Positions 18,279 through 30,233 are shown, counted from the stretch's first letter. The stretch is 64,000 nucleotides of DNA from an uncultured Gammaproteobacteria bacterium (GCA_964543035.1 CAZIVL010000001.1:122000-185999); one strand, 5' to 3'. Translations and numbers: made by a program. Notes: generated by a model from the letters alone, not told the origin.

Positions 18279-20693
18279 ATGGCATTTTCGCTGACCAAAA
18301 CAGAAAACTTAGAAACCCGCGCTTATCCAGTCGTCGCCCTTCGTGAAGGAGTCGTCTTTCCCCATACCGAGGCCCACCTGACCTTTGGTAGGCCCAAGAG
18401 CAATTCTGCGATAGAAGCCGCCCTCAAAGTCGACAAACAGATTGTCTTTGTCGCCCAAAAGACTTCCACTTCCACTCCCGCCCCAGACGATCTGTATGAG
18501 ATCGGTACCTTGTGCACCGTCGAGCAAGTCGCTCCCTACGGCAATGAGTTACTGGCCCTCGTCAAAGGAATCTCAAGGGTCAGAATAGAAAAGTACGAAT
18601 CAGTCGATCCCTATTTCACAGCCACAGTCGAGACACTTCCCGAGACAGTGCACGAGAGTGACAAGTTGATTGCGATTGCCAGACAAGTCGTGTCTGAGTT
18701 CAAAAATGCTTTCAATCTGGGCAAATCGGTCGAGTTCCCTGTTTTCATGCGTCTCATGAGCGGAGTGGCAGCCACTGAGCTGGCTGACCAAGTGGCTAAC
18801 TCCATGGAGATCAATACCGAAGCCAAACAGGTTTTGTTGGAAGAATTGTCGGTCGAAAAAAGATTAGAGGCCGTGCTGCAGCACTTAGTCCATGAGATCA
18901 AAGTCTTGGAGCTCGAAAAATCGATTTCCAAAAAGACCCACGCCAAATTCGAAAAAAACATGCGCGAGCAGGTCTTGCGAGAGCGCAAGCGCACCATCCA
19001 AGAGGAGTTGGAAAAAATGGGCGCCGATGGTTTTGACGGTGAAGAAGGGGATGACGATATCGGTATTTTGAAAAAAAAGATCAAAGCCGCGGGTATGCCA
19101 CCGGATGTCAAGAAAAAAGCCGAAAAAGAGCTGAGTAGGCTTGCTCAAATGAGTTTCCAAAATCCCGAGTCCACATATGTGCGAAATTATCTGGATTGGT
19201 TAACCGATGTCCCTTGGTCAAAAGTCTCCAAAGGTAACGTTTCTCTAGGCAATGCCCAAAAGCATCTCGATCTCGACCATTATGGTCTAAAAAAAGCCAA
19301 GGAACGAATTCTCGAGTATCTAGCTGTTATGAAACTTAAGTCCAAGCAAGAAAACGGTGGCGACCCCTCATCGACTACCATTCTTTGTTTTGCCGGTCCT
19401 CCGGGCGTGGGCAAGACATCCATTGGCAAGTCTATTGCCAAGGCCTTGGGCCGCAAGTTTGTCCGTGTGTCACTAGGCGGCATCCGTGACGAAGCCGAAG
19501 TCCGCGGTCACCGAAGGACTTATGTGGGAGCCCTTCCCGGACGCATCATCCAAGGTATAAAAAATGCTGGGACCAAAAATCCAGTCTTCATGCTCGATGA
19601 AATCGACAAACTAGCCTCTGATTACCGCGGTGATCCTTCATCTGCACTTTTGGAAGCCCTAGATCCCGAGCAAAACAAAGAGTTTTCAGATCACTACCTG
19701 GAAGTTCCGTTTGATCTGTCCCAAGTCATGTTTATAACGACCGCCAATATGCTAGAAAACATTCCTCCAGCTCTCAGAGACCGCCTCGAGATCATCAATT
19801 TTGCTGGCTACACCGTAGACGAAAAAGTAAAAATTGGCAGTGAGTATCTCTGGCCCAAGCAATTGTCAGCCACCGGGTTGCCCAAAGATCTCAAGATTGA
19901 GGATGAGGCCCTAAAAGAGATCGCTACCCGCTACACGCGTGAGGCGGGAGTTCGCGACCTCGAGCGCCAGATTGCCAAGGTTTGTCGAAAAATCGCCAGG
20001 TCTCTGGCCGAGAAAAAACTAGCCCCCAAGTCTGTGACAGCCGAAGATGTCAAAAAGTTTTTGGGTGCCCACAGATACCCCGAGACTCTAGCCGAGAAAA
20101 AAGATCAGATTGGAGTCAGTACCGGTATGGCCTGGACCGAGGCCGGGGGTGACATCATGTTTATCGAAGTGGCGCTCATGCCAGGCAAAGGCGAGCTCAA
20201 GCTTACAGGCCAGTTGGGTGACGTTATGAAAGAGTCGGGCCAGGCGGCCATGTCCTTTATTAGGTCTCGCTGGAAGCAGCTGGGACTCAAAGAAGAGTTT
20301 TACAAAAAGATGGACATCCACGTCCACGTCCCCGAAGGCGCCACTCCCAAAGATGGTCCATCCGCAGGTCTGGCAATTGCTACTGCCATCGTGTCTGCCC
20401 TTACCAACACTCCCGTCCGGACCGACATTTCCATGACCGGAGAGATCACTCTTCGCGGTCGGGCTCTAGAGATTGGTGGGGTAAAAGAAAAAGTCATCGC
20501 CGCTCACAGATCAGGCATCAAAGAGATCATCTTGCCAAAAGAAAACAAAAAAGATGTTTTGGAGGATGTTCCAGCTGCAGTGAGGGATGATCTCAAGTTC
20601 CACTTTGCCGAAAATCTGGATGACGTTCTCCAAGTCGTCCTTCGCCCAAAGCCATCCGCCACTCCCCGCAAATTCCTCACCGCAACCGCATAG
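18279..20693 (+). CDS. lon: ATP-dependent protease La (LonA)
   Basis: GPPGVGKT, LDEIDK, PKDGPSAG, IGGVKEK. Confidence 0.97.
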   Translation: MAFSLTKTENLETRAYPVVALREGVVFPHTEAHLTFGRPKSNSAIEAALKVDKQIVFVAQKTSTSTPAPDDLYEIGTLCTVEQVAPYGNELLALVKGISRVRIEKYESVDPYFTATVETLPETVHESDKLIAIARQVVSEFKNAFNLGKSVEFPVFMRLMSGVAATELADQVANSMEINTEAKQVLLEELSVEKRLEAVLQHLVHEIKVLELEKSISKKTHAKFEKNMREQVLRERKRTIQEELEKMGADGFDGEEGDDDIGILKKKIKAAGMPPDVKKKAEKELSRLAQMSFQNPESTYVRNYLDWLTDVPWSKVSKGNVSLGNAQKHLDLDHYGLKKAKERILEYLAVMKLKSKQENGGDPSSTTILCFAGPPGVGKTSIGKSIAKALGRKFVRVSLGGIRDEAEVRGHRRTYVGALPGRIIQGIKNAGTKNPVFMLDEIDKLASDYRGDPSSALLEALDPEQNKEFSDHYLEVPFDLSQVMFITTANMLENIPPALRDRLEIINFAGYTVDEKVKIGSEYLWPKQLSATGLPKDLKIEDEALKEIATRYTREAGVRDLERQIAKVCRKIARSLAEKKLAPKSVTAEDVKKFLGAHRYPETLAEKKDQIGVSTGMAWTEAGGDIMFIEVALMPGKGELKLTGQLGDVMKESGQAAMSFIRSRWKQLGLKEEFYKKMDIHVHVPEGATPKDGPSAGLAIATAIVSALTNTPVRTDISMTGEITLRGRALEIGGVKEKVIAAHRSGIKEIILPKENKKDVLEDVPAAVRDDLKFHFAENLDDVLQVVLRPKPSATPRKFLTATA

Positions 20694-20696
20694 CTT

Positions 20697-20725
20697 CTGT
20701 CATCCTGAGCCTGCGCAGGATCCAG
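20697..20725 (+). repeat. Half copy of REP-like element
   Basis: CTGTCATCCTGAGCCTGCGCAGGATCCAG, directly followed by TATACT. Confidence 0.75.
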
Positions 20726-20737
20726 TATACTAACCTT

Positions 20738-22201
20738 ATGAAAAACTTGGTGGCATTGGCACTGTTTACTCTCCTCATGCTCGCTCCCTACTACCATTTT
20801 GGTGATGAAAATCATATCGAGCAATTGCCCTTCTTGTATTCCCAGACAGATCCTACGTATTTAAAAAACGATTTCTTCGTTTCATATACCAAAGAGTTGG
20901 GACCCAGGTATTACTACGCCAAGCTGATTTCAACATTCACCAGATTTATTCCACCAAAGCAAACATATTTTATATTGACCTATCTATCTCACTTTTTTAT
21001 ATATCTAGTTTCTCTCTCCTTGATCAAATTATTTGTAAAAGACAAATACTTTCCCTACTTTATTATTTATGTCCTCGCCCGGTTTCAACACGACACCATA
21101 GGTGATGCCGCAGTTTTAAATGACAATTATTTGACCCCCCAGCTTCTTGCCATGCCCATAATATTGGGTGGTTTGTACGCCTCGATTCGCGGGAGTTATG
21201 TATATTCGTTTTTAGCTACTCTTATCGCATTACCCATTCAGCCATCACTGACTCTTTTGGCTTCAGTTCCTATTGCTGGCAATTTGATACTGAATCACAA
21301 GTTTCCCAAGAAATTTTTAGTCACGGGCCTGTTTTTTGTAATCCTTATATTCTCCACATACTTTCTGTTTATCAGAGGCAGAGAGGCGTCGGTTCTAAGT
21401 AGTGAATCTTACATTCATATTTTGGCCTACTTCCGCCACCCGCATCATTACGTTCCATCAAGCTTTGCTATCAGTAAATATTTGTTCTTTTTTGCGGAAA
21501 CGGGCATTTTGATCGGATCATTCGTCTACTTACTAAAGAAAAAAAATAATCCCAAAGGTCTTTTGTCCATATTGACCATTTATATCCTTACAATACTCAT
21601 GTTGCCAGCAGCCTACCTCTTTGTCGAGGTGCTCCCCATAAAACAGATAGTCGAACTTCAGATATTTCGAGTTATTTTTATCCACCGCTGGCTTTTTATC
21701 ACGATGTCGCTCATCGCATTATTCCTGATTGTCTCAAAGAAAATCAATTCTAAGCTGATTACAGCTATTTGTTTTGTGTTCAGTCTGGGAGTACTGGTTC
21801 TCTGGCCTTCCCCGATTCGGCCCACCTGGCCATCACTTGCAATCAAATACGAACAAGATAGAGCTGGGCTTTACAGATTTTTAGAAAACCACACAAACAA
21901 GGATGCATTATTTTTGACGCCACCCGACTTTGGTAGTATGCGCATTATTCCCAAGAGAGCCATTGTTGTTGATTGGAAATCATTTCCTTTCAATCAGAGG
22001 CCTATGGCAATCTGGTACGAAAGGATCCAAAGCGTCTATGGACAGGGAGACTTGGACTCAAATTATCGCCAGATTACAGACGAGAAACTACTGTCTCTCA
22101 AAGACAAGTATGCATTTGATTATGCAGTTCTATATGTAAGCACCGATACCAATTTCGAAATCATATATACGGATGATATGTACAAAATAATAAGGATGTA
22201 G
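20738..22201 (+). CDS. Polytopic membrane protein, possibly GT-C glycosyltransferase-like (DUF6798-like)
   Basis: Many TMs; DP.YLKNDFF, RHPHH, RAIVVDWK..P, WYER. Confidence 0.6.
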   Translation: MKNLVALALFTLLMLAPYYHFGDENHIEQLPFLYSQTDPTYLKNDFFVSYTKELGPRYYYAKLISTFTRFIPPKQTYFILTYLSHFFIYLVSLSLIKLFVKDKYFPYFIIYVLARFQHDTIGDAAVLNDNYLTPQLLAMPIILGGLYASIRGSYVYSFLATLIALPIQPSLTLLASVPIAGNLILNHKFPKKFLVTGLFFVILIFSTYFLFIRGREASVLSSESYIHILAYFRHPHHYVPSSFAISKYLFFFAETGILIGSFVYLLKKKNNPKGLLSILTIYILTILMLPAAYLFVEVLPIKQIVELQIFRVIFIHRWLFITMSLIALFLIVSKKINSKLITAICFVFSLGVLVLWPSPIRPTWPSLAIKYEQDRAGLYRFLENHTNKDALFLTPPDFGSMRIIPKRAIVVDWKSFPFNQRPMAIWYERIQSVYGQGDLDSNYRQITDEKLLSLKDKYAFDYAVLYVSTDTNFEIIYTDDMYKIIRM

Positions 22202-22767
22202 CACTGGAATCGGCTAATAAATTAGGTCATACTGACTACTAGCGGCCAAGATTAAGGAAAAATCTCGTGTTTCGTTAGCAGTTTTGACGACTGGGACAGT
22301 GCTGGCGGGTGGCTGGATTGTCACTCGGACGATTTAGTCACAGATGTAATGGACAGTAACTTTTTCAAAATTGCCAACAAGCAGGCCATCCGGCTGGCGA
22401 GCCTCGATGCACTTGAAGATAGTCTTTGTTACAGCCGTGAGTCCAACAATCACGGCTAACATTTATGCCAGGGAGCACAATTTAAGGATATATAGCAAAA
22501 GAAACCTCTCCAAATTCGAAATGTGTTATCAAAGCCAATTACGGCGCCCTCTCCAATGACTACAATTATTTCACTCCCGGTTGTAGGCATTATTAAAAAG
22601 CAATTGCCCCGCCTTTTTAAGACGACAGCAATTGACATGTACCTGGGCTTTATCCGCGACTTGAACCTGAATTAACTCCATTTTCTATCTCCTTTTTTAT
22701 ATTTTGTCCAAGTTGTTTTTGAGATCCCATATGGATATATTGTACAACTTTTATGGATAGCTCAAAG

Positions 22768-25700
22768 CTAATTCATCGCCTGAACTTTGAAGTCTTCCCA
22801 AACAAAGTGCAGGTTATCTATGGTTGTTTTAGTCTCGGGCAAGATTCTTGAAACGATAACATCGTTGCCAAATAGGTCGTTAATGACATCCCCTTCTTTG
22901 GTGAATATTTTTTCGGCAATCATTTCTTTGGCTTCAGCTGCGCCAATATAAACTGGTACATATTTTTTGCCACCGATATAGACTGGGTTAAAGCCATCAA
23001 CTGGGATCATTTCTTTGACTTCGGTAGGATAGCGTTTATCCATTAGGTAAAATTGTTTGACTACGCCTTCGGGTGTAGTGATTTTAACTATCTCACCTGC
23101 TTTTGGTGCAGCTTGTACTTGTTGGGTTTTATCCATAGGGTTTTCACTGGCCATAGTCGAGCTAAATCGAGCAAATTCAATAAATATGAAGGTAAATACA
23201 ACCATCATAACAGCGGGCGCAAACATGGAAACATAGTTCTTCTTGCCCGGAACAAATTGGCGCAATAGAAGTGAATTTCCAACAACGGAAATTGAACTCA
23301 GAGCCATAGCCAGCCCTGCGAGTTCCGGTTTGAGAACGAGTCCAGCAAATGCAAAGACACGGGCAGCCACGGGAATACCGATCACGTTATAAAACAGGGC
23401 AAAGAACATGTTTTGCTTTACTTTTTGCATGGTGGATTTGGAAAGGTCGATAGCGTGTACCACATCACGTAAGTCGTTCTTAATAATGACGATGCCTCCC
23501 GCTTCCATGGCCACATCAGTCCCTGAACCCATGGCAATGCCTAAATCAGCTTGAGCTAAAGCTGGCGCGTCATTAATACCATCTCCGACCATGGCTACCT
23601 TTTTTCCGGCATCCTGAAGCTTTTTCACTTCATTGGCTTTATCTTGTGGTAGGACTTCCGACAAGACATTGGTAATTCCAACTTGAGATGCAATGGCTTT
23701 AGCAGTTCGAGCGTTATCTCCCGTGATCATCCACACTTCAATACCAAGTTTTTGTAGCTTTTCTACTGCCTCTCGTGACGTTTCTTTGACTGTGTCGGCA
23801 ACTCCAATGATGCCCAAGATTCCGTCTTTAGTAGCCAGAGTCATCACCGTTTTACCTTGTTCTTCGAGTCGATTAATCTTTCGATCATACTTACCTACTT
23901 CTAGGCCAAGGGTGTCGGTCATGAGCTTTCTGTTACCAAAGTAGTAAACGGTGTCACCAATTTGACCTTTAACGCCGTGACCCGGAATGGCACTAAAGTT
24001 TTCGACACTACTTAAGGACACATTTTCTTCCTGAGCATAACTATAAATGGCTTCAGCCAATGGATGCTCGGATTGCTTCTCTAAGCTAGCTGAGATTTGC
24101 AGCACTTCATCTTCAGTAAAGCTGCCAAAGTCTTCAATATCTGTTACCTCGGGTTTGCCTTTTGTAATGGTTCCGGTTTTATCAAAAATAATGGCATTTA
24201 CTTTACAAGCCGATTCTAATGGTTCTCCACCTTTGACCAGTATTCCATGTTCAGCACCCTTGCCAGTTCCCACCATAATGGCCGTGGGTGTAGCCAAACC
24301 TAGAGCACAAGGACAGGCAATGACAATAACTGCTGTAAATGCCATTAAAGCAAAAGACAAAGTGGACCCAAGCAGGAAGTACCAGACACCAAAGGTAAGT
24401 AGAGCCACGATAATAACCGCTGGAACAAACCAAGATGAAATGCGGTCAGCAAAGGCTTGAATTGGCGCTTTTGAGCCTTGAGCGTCTTCGACTAATCGAA
24501 TAATTTGTGACAAAGTGGTTTCTGAGCCTATACGAGTGGCTTTGAATTCAAAACTTCCGGTTTTATTAATAGTACCTCCAATGACATTGTCGCCGGAATT
24601 CTTCTCAACGGGTAGACTTTCACCAGTAATCATTGACTCATCTATGGCTGACATACCTTTGAGAATGACACCATCAACCGGAACTTTTTCTCCCGGACGA
24701 ACGACAACAATGTCATCTTTCACGACCTGATCAACTGGAATATCAAGGGTACTGCCATTACGAACCACGCGCGCGGTCTTGGCCTGAAGCCCCATGAGTT
24801 TTTTAATTGCTTCAGACGTTCGACCTTTAGCTTTGGCTTCTAAAAACTTCCCTAATAGCACAAAGGTAATCAAGAATGCAGCAGTTTCAAAATACAGCTC
24901 AGGAATTTTGGCACCACCAAGTCCGATTAAAGAATCGTTTATGGCAAAGTATTTAATGAAATTGACGACACTGTAAAAGTAGGCTACAGAGGTGCCAATG
25001 GCGATTAAACTATCCATGTTAAAGGTACGCATACGAAGAGCCGACATCATGCCTTTATAGAATCCCGATCCGATGAAAAATTGCACCGGTGTTGCTAAAA
25101 CAAAAGAGATAACTCCCACCCATGGAAGTAGCAGCTTTGCGCCGGGAATAAAGTTGAAGAAATCAAACAACATAAAGTAAATCATGGGTAGTGACAAGAT
25201 AAAGCTAACTAGAAACCGTTTGTATTGGGACCTAATTTCGTTTTGTTGGCGAAGGGATTGTTCCTTTGTATCGGCTGTATCGGCAACCTCTGCTTTGTAT
25301 CCGGCTTTTACAACGGCTTGCAATAAATCCTGGTTTGATGCCTGAGACGGATCAAATACGACTGCAGCTTTTTCTGCCGCAAAATTAACCCGGGCTTCGG
25401 TAACTCCTGAAACCTTTTTTAATTGACGTTCAATTATTTGAGCGCAAGAAGAGCAGTGCATACCGAATATTGCTAAATTAGCCCGACCTGTTTTTTCGCT
25501 TTTAACAGCGGCGGATACAACTTCAGAAGCTGTACTTATGGGTTGTTGTTCTGTATCAGTCGTTGTATTTCCAAAGCGCAATTTGCCTTTAATGCTAAAT
25601 TGCCCATCGGCATCACGGCCAATTTTTCCATCAATTTCAACTTCCTGTGGAAATGATATTTGCGAAACATAAAGGGGGGTATTAGGAGCGAGTACTCCGT

Positions 25701-25956
25701 TAACTTGCCCATTTGCATGTCCGTTTGAGTGGACAGTGTCGCCCATAACTCTACCTTTATAGCCTGCAGTTTGAATTGCAGACAGAATTTTATCGCTAGT
25801 TACCTGTTGATTTCCGGCAACTAGAGTCCCAAGGCCTGATTTAAATTCCAAGTTCACATCCTTTACACCCGGAATTGAACTTAATTCGTCTTTGATTAAC
25901 AGCTCGCAGGAAGCACAGTGCATACCATCTACTTGAAATTGAATTTTTTGGTTCAT
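22768..25956 (-). CDS. copA: Cu(I)-exporting P1B-1 ATPase with two HMA domains and a C-terminal extension
   Basis: GMHCASC, GMHCSSC, TGES, CPC, DKTGT, GDGIND, YN, MALSS. Confidence 0.95.
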   Translation of the reverse strand: MNQKIQFQVDGMHCASCELLIKDELSSIPGVKDVNLEFKSGLGTLVAGNQQVTSDKILSAIQTAGYKGRVMGDTVHSNGHANGQVNGVLAPNTPLYVSQISFPQEVEIDGKIGRDADGQFSIKGKLRFGNTTTDTEQQPISTASEVVSAAVKSEKTGRANLAIFGMHCSSCAQIIERQLKKVSGVTEARVNFAAEKAAVVFDPSQASNQDLLQAVVKAGYKAEVADTADTKEQSLRQQNEIRSQYKRFLVSFILSLPMIYFMLFDFFNFIPGAKLLLPWVGVISFVLATPVQFFIGSGFYKGMMSALRMRTFNMDSLIAIGTSVAYFYSVVNFIKYFAINDSLIGLGGAKIPELYFETAAFLITFVLLGKFLEAKAKGRTSEAIKKLMGLQAKTARVVRNGSTLDIPVDQVVKDDIVVVRPGEKVPVDGVILKGMSAIDESMITGESLPVEKNSGDNVIGGTINKTGSFEFKATRIGSETTLSQIIRLVEDAQGSKAPIQAFADRISSWFVPAVIIVALLTFGVWYFLLGSTLSFALMAFTAVIVIACPCALGLATPTAIMVGTGKGAEHGILVKGGEPLESACKVNAIIFDKTGTITKGKPEVTDIEDFGSFTEDEVLQISASLEKQSEHPLAEAIYSYAQEENVSLSSVENFSAIPGHGVKGQIGDTVYYFGNRKLMTDTLGLEVGKYDRKINRLEEQGKTVMTLATKDGILGIIGVADTVKETSREAVEKLQKLGIEVWMITGDNARTAKAIASQVGITNVLSEVLPQDKANEVKKLQDAGKKVAMVGDGINDAPALAQADLGIAMGSGTDVAMEAGGIVIIKNDLRDVVHAIDLSKSTMQKVKQNMFFALFYNVIGIPVAARVFAFAGLVLKPELAGLAMALSSISVVGNSLLLRQFVPGKKNYVSMFAPAVMMVVFTFIFIEFARFSSTMASENPMDKTQQVQAAPKAGEIVKITTPEGVVKQFYLMDKRYPTEVKEMIPVDGFNPVYIGGKKYVPVYIGAAEAKEMIAEKIFTKEGDVINDLFGNDVIVSRILPETKTTIDNLHFVWEDFKVQAMN

Positions 25957-26186
25957 AGTGTCTCCTTTTGAGTCGCCTCATACGGCGTGCCGGTCAAACT
26001 TGCTTGAATTTGATCCAGGCTCAAATTTGAATTCGATTCGACCGTAGCCTTACTGGTTTTTAAATCAACGCTGACTGTTTGGACCCCATTTATGGCGCCA
26101 ATTCGTTTTTCTGAAACTTTTTTGCAAGCAGTGCAAGTAAGACCTGATAATGTAAATAGTTGTGTATACATGAGTATTCCTTTCAT
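25953..26186 (-). CDS. CopZ-like metal chaperone
   Basis: GLTCTAC HMA motif. Confidence 0.85.
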   Translation of the reverse strand: MKGILMYTQLFTLSGLTCTACKKVSEKRIGAINGVQTVSVDLKTSKATVESNSNLSLDQIQASLTGTPYEATQKETL

Positions 26187-27928
26187 TAAATAACCTTTAT
26201 TTGACCCCTAGGTGCTCCCATAGCACACGTAATGCTGTAAGTACCTTTCTTGGTTGGGGTAAAGTCAAAAGCTGTAACTTTACCCTTAGTGAAGACTTCA
26301 ATTTTGGACGTCAATCCAGGAAGAGCCACACTGCCCATGCAACCCTGGCCGTCTTCTTTGGCATCGATTTCAAAACGAACCGGCTCATTGACTTTAACGG
26401 TAAATTGAGTCGGCGAAATATCCCCCCGAACGGTGTAACTTGCTGTTATAACTTGAGCATTTGCAGAACTAACCTGAGATGTTTGTGACTGATTTATAGT
26501 GTTGGTCAAAGCTGGTTGAGTATTGAAGTTGGCGGGTATTGTCGTACTTTGGTTGCTAGTTCCTTCAACAACCGTAAATGAACCGGTATACATGCCCATG
26601 ATGCAAGAGAAATTGATAGTTCCAGTCTGGGTTGGCGTAAATTCAATGATGTTTTCACCCTTTTGTAATCCTTGACGGATACCGAGTTTTTGGGAAATGA
26701 TACTGGCTGCACAGGTGTATGAATCTTCGGAGGTGATGACCCAGCGAGTTGGCAGACCCTTTCGAATCGTAAACTTATTTGGTACATAGCCTCCAGAAAC
26801 TTGTCTCATCCGCACAACTTGGACACCCTCTATGATTGATACATTAGTGTCTTTAGTACCTTCAGCACTGGCCTTACTAGTAAATGCTCCTAACACAGAC
26901 ACTGCTGGGTTTAACCCCAGTAAATTCAAACCGTTCGAAATGTTAAATATAGCCAAAAGTATGACCACTACACCTACTGTTTTGAAAAAGAGACGAGCGA
27001 CAGAGCCCTTAATTGCCGAGGTTAAACCACCAACACCCAAAAGCCCTGGCGCTGTGCCGAGAGCAAAGACGCCCATGGTTAAGGCCCCGGCCAAGGCACT
27101 GCCCGAACTAATAGCGTAAAGTTGCATGGCTTGAGTAAAGCCACAGGGTAAAAAGAAAGTTAAGGCTCCCATGATGACGGCATTCTTATTGCTGTATTCA
27201 ACTTCTGCTCGATTTTTAACACCAAAGAATCGGCTGATTCCGGTAGGAAGCGTAAAGGATATCTTTTTTAAGAATGGGAATATTTCTATGAGCTGGCTGC
27301 CCAAAAGCAACATCACGATGCCAACCGCGACAGTCATAATACCCAAGGCAGAAGAAGATAACTGGAATAATGTACCGGCATAGCCAATTACTCCACCTAA
27401 AATAAAATAGGAAACAACTCTCCCCAAATTAAAGTACAAATGTGGTGTAAATTTCTCCATACCTGTAGCGTTTGGATGTTTCTCGGCAAAGCGTGCTGCC
27501 GCTCCTAAAACCAAGCCACCGACTAATGCCATACAGGTAGAAATTCCAGCGGTAAGCCCTACAAGAAATACGGTGGGTAAACTGGAATAATTATTGGAGA
27601 CATTGCTGACTAGGTTAAACAAACCCAAGCTTCGGGCAACCAAATACAAAACAATGGCTACAAAAAAAGCAATACCAAGTTCCTTGTAATCATATGGTTT
27701 TTTGGAGAAAAGTTCACGTTTTTCAACTCCAAGCATGTATCCTGCACGCTCCACTGCTCTTTGAACTGCTTGGTCATCAAGTACATTCTCGTAATGAATA
27801 AAGGCGTGGCCTTTGTGGTGATTAACTACCGCCTTGGTTACACCAGGAACTTTTTTGAGTTCGTCTTCAATTAAGATTTCGCAAGATCGGCAGTGCATGC
27901 CTTTGATAAGAATTTTGCAGTTTTGCAT
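26186..27928 (-). CDS. HMA + TauE/DsbD_2-type membrane domain + two cupredoxin-like domains
   Basis: GMHCRSC; STCMALVGG; LPCGFTQ; FSCIMGM; ITCAMG. Confidence 0.85.
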   Translation of the reverse strand: MQNCKILIKGMHCRSCEILIEDELKKVPGVTKAVVNHHKGHAFIHYENVLDDQAVQRAVERAGYMLGVEKRELFSKKPYDYKELGIAFFVAIVLYLVARSLGLFNLVSNVSNNYSSLPTVFLVGLTAGISTCMALVGGLVLGAAARFAEKHPNATGMEKFTPHLYFNLGRVVSYFILGGVIGYAGTLFQLSSSALGIMTVAVGIVMLLLGSQLIEIFPFLKKISFTLPTGISRFFGVKNRAEVEYSNKNAVIMGALTFFLPCGFTQAMQLYAISSGSALAGALTMGVFALGTAPGLLGVGGLTSAIKGSVARLFFKTVGVVVILLAIFNISNGLNLLGLNPAVSVLGAFTSKASAEGTKDTNVSIIEGVQVVRMRQVSGGYVPNKFTIRKGLPTRWVITSEDSYTCAASIISQKLGIRQGLQKGENIIEFTPTQTGTINFSCIMGMYTGSFTVVEGTSNQSTTIPANFNTQPALTNTINQSQTSQVSSANAQVITASYTVRGDISPTQFTVKVNEPVRFEIDAKEDGQGCMGSVALPGLTSKIEVFTKGKVTAFDFTPTKKGTYSITCAMGAPRGQIKVI

Positions 27929-27948
27929 ATAAAATAAAGATAACCACC

Positions 27949-28125
27949 CTAATGCTTGTGGTTACCACCTTTCATCATAAGAATATGGAGAAGCGGACAG
28001 GCAAGGATGAATCCATAGGTGAGGACCGATCCTACTGGCAGCTTAAAAACAAATAATGCCAAGCCTCCAGCAACTAGTCCCAAGAGGCAGATAATCAAAA
28101 CAGGGTGAGCCTTGAGTATATTCAT
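27949..28125 (-). CDS. Small membrane protein, DUF2933-like
   Basis: LACPLLHILMM..GNHKH; the second ATG fits the promoter spacing. Confidence 0.75.
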   Translation of the reverse strand: MNILKAHPVLIICLLGLVAGGLALFVFKLPVGSVLTYGFILACPLLHILMMKGGNHKH

Positions 28126-28150
28126 ACTCATTACTGTAACGTCTGAGGAA

Positions 28151-28165
28151 TTAAGATTTTATGAA
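28151..28165 (-). promoter_or_regulatory. 15-bp regulatory box, copy 1 (TTCATAAAATCTTAA)
   Basis: 12 nt upstream of TACAGT; identical copies at 32851 and 36180. Confidence 0.75.
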
Positions 28166-28170
28166 GATGT

Positions 28171-29559
28171 TTAACGGGGAAAGTTCACCATAATGGTAGT
28201 AACCTTTTTAGGAGTACTTTCAATAGTAATTGTGCCCCTATGGGCTTCAATAATAGATTTACAAATAGCCAGTCCTAATCCTGATCCAAAAGTTGTCACT
28301 TTTTTGCCACCCCGGTAGAAGCGGTCAAAGACATGGGGTAAGTCGGCTTTTGAAATACCTGGTCCAGTGTTGGTAATTTCAATTAAGTCTGACGATTTGG
28401 TTCTTGATAAGGTCACAGAGATTCTGCCCTTTTCAGGTGTATATTTGACAGCATTCTCTAAAAGATTAAAAAATGCCCGAAATAGCTTTTGGCGTTTTCC
28501 GGCAATCTCAATATGCTGTTTGATTTCCTCAATTACATAGATCTGTTTCGCCTCTGCCATTTTCTTGGTGATATCGACAAGTTCTCCTAGCATTTCCGAC
28601 AGGTCAACCCTTTCAGTGTTTAAAAGTGGCTTGTCTGATTCCGACCAGGCCAAATCCAAAACATCATTAACAGTTCCGGATAAATGATCTACATCAACCA
28701 ACGTTTCGTTTAGTGTGTGCTGGTACTCTTTGGCGGTTCTGTCTTTTGAAAGTGTTACTTCAATTGAGTTTTTTAACGTTGATAAGGGTGTGCGTAGTTC
28801 ATGAGCTACATCGCCAATAAATTGCCGTTCTCGAGTAAACGAATCTGAAAGTCTAGTGAGCAGTGAGTTAAACGACGTAGATAATTCTTCTAGTTCATCG
28901 CCTGTTTTGAATATATGAATCGGTTGAGATAAATTTGACAGCGAAATCTCTTTGAGCTTTAAAGACAGTTGGGTTACGGGTTGCAACGCTTTTTTTGAAA
29001 TAATAAGGCCTCCGATAAGAGACAGTACGCTGGCTATACCAAAGATTAAGACAAGTTCTGAGGACAGCTTATTTAGCGAGTCAGTAATGACATCTGTCGG
29101 GTGACCGACTAAAACGAGGTTGTCTGTATTTTCATTTGTTGAAACCGGAAAGATTCCCACACGCATGTGAGTAGTTCCGATCGTTAGTTCAATAAATGAA
29201 GAATTGATTAGATTAGCCGATTTTTCAAAAACGTCTTTAAGTGTTTTTGTACTCGACTCAACTATTTGAGAAGAGCTTAGAATTTCCCCGTTTCTGTTGG
29301 CAATGACAATAAGCATTCCCGGCATTTCCGAAAACTCCCTACTTAGTTGTTCTTGGGGGAAAGAAGTATGCATGCCTACACTTTGTTGTGCAATTAGATC
29401 GACTATTTGCTCACCATGTTGAGTAATTTCTTGATCGGTTTGGGCTAGTAACGTTTGCTTAGTCACGACATAAAATATGCTAAATACTACTGCCGCGCTA
29501 ACAAAGAAGGTTACAAAATACCACAGTGATAATCTGAATCGAACGCTTTTCAGGTTCAT
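28171..29559 (-). CDS. Sensor histidine kinase (CusS/ArlS-like)
   Basis: 2 TMs, extracytoplasmic domain, HAMP, AHELRTPL, NLLENAVKY, GSGLGL. Confidence 0.92.
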   Translation of the reverse strand: MNLKSVRFRLSLWYFVTFFVSAAVVFSIFYVVTKQTLLAQTDQEITQHGEQIVDLIAQQSVGMHTSFPQEQLSREFSEMPGMLIVIANRNGEILSSSQIVESSTKTLKDVFEKSANLINSSFIELTIGTTHMRVGIFPVSTNENTDNLVLVGHPTDVITDSLNKLSSELVLIFGIASVLSLIGGLIISKKALQPVTQLSLKLKEISLSNLSQPIHIFKTGDELEELSTSFNSLLTRLSDSFTRERQFIGDVAHELRTPLSTLKNSIEVTLSKDRTAKEYQHTLNETLVDVDHLSGTVNDVLDLAWSESDKPLLNTERVDLSEMLGELVDITKKMAEAKQIYVIEEIKQHIEIAGKRQKLFRAFFNLLENAVKYTPEKGRISVTLSRTKSSDLIEITNTGPGISKADLPHVFDRFYRGGKKVTTFGSGLGLAICKSIIEAHRGTITIESTPKKVTTIMVNFPR

Positions 29560-30233
29560 GATTTTTGCTCCGAAACTTTAAACCCTACACCATGGACTGT
29601 TTGAATTAATTTCACTTTGTCACCTCCGTCAATTTTTTTGCGCAAAGTGGTGACAAACACATCAACGACATTGCTCATACTGTCAAAGTTATAGTCCCAA
29701 ACATGTTCGGTAATCATGGTTCGGGTCACGACTTCATTTGGGTGACTCATTAATAGTTCCAGAATGGCAAATTCTTTGGGAGTGAGAGAAAGGTCTTTTC
29801 CACTTCTGACTACGGTGTGTTTAATGGGGTCAAGTTCCAAGTCAGCAACTTTTAGTGTAGGAGATGCGCTGTTGTGCGTTCTCCTAATCAAGGCCTGCAA
29901 ACGTGACTTTAATTCGATAAAAGAAAAAGGTTTGGACAAATAATCATCTGCGCCACTATCAAGTCCTTGAGATATGTTTTCAACAGTCCCCTTTGCAGTC
30001 AGCATCAATATGGGAGATTTATTCTTTTTGTTGCGCAAAGTTTTACATACCTGAATGCCGTCGACTTTTGGCAGCATGATATCTAAAATTATGCAGTCGT
30101 AGGTTTCCGATTCGGCCAAATACAGCCCTTCTTCACCATCAAAAGCTTGATCGACAGCAAATCCAGACTCCATCAGACCTTTTTTAAGAGAATCGGAAAG
30201 GCGCTTCTCGTCCTCAATAACTAGTATTCTCAT
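29556..30233 (-). CDS. OmpR-family response regulator (CusR/CopR-like)
   Basis: IEDE, LDIMLP, GADDYL.KPF, TVHGVGF. Confidence 0.93.
   Translation of the reverse strand: MRILVIEDEKRLSDSLKKGLMESGFAVDQAFDGEEGLYLAESETYDCIILDIMLPKVDGIQVCKTLRNKKNKSPILMLTAKGTVENISQGLDSGADDYLSKPFSFIELKSRLQALIRRTHNSASPTLKVADLELDPIKHTVVRSGKDLSLTPKEFAILELLMSHPNEVVTRTMITEHVWDYNFDSMSNVVDVFVTTLRKKIDGGDKVKLIQTVHGVGFKVSEQKS

Noticed and set aside
22349-22700. Short ORFs (22371+, 22456-, and a 36-aa SD-preceded ORF starting near 22681 on the minus strand)
   Set aside because: No recognisable motifs; possibly decayed gene remnants but not supportable as genes
22202-22767. att direct repeat of the tRNA-Glu 3' end at the island's left edge
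   Set aside because: No match to TGACTCCATCCGGATTCGAACC found by eye, so the boundary stays approximate
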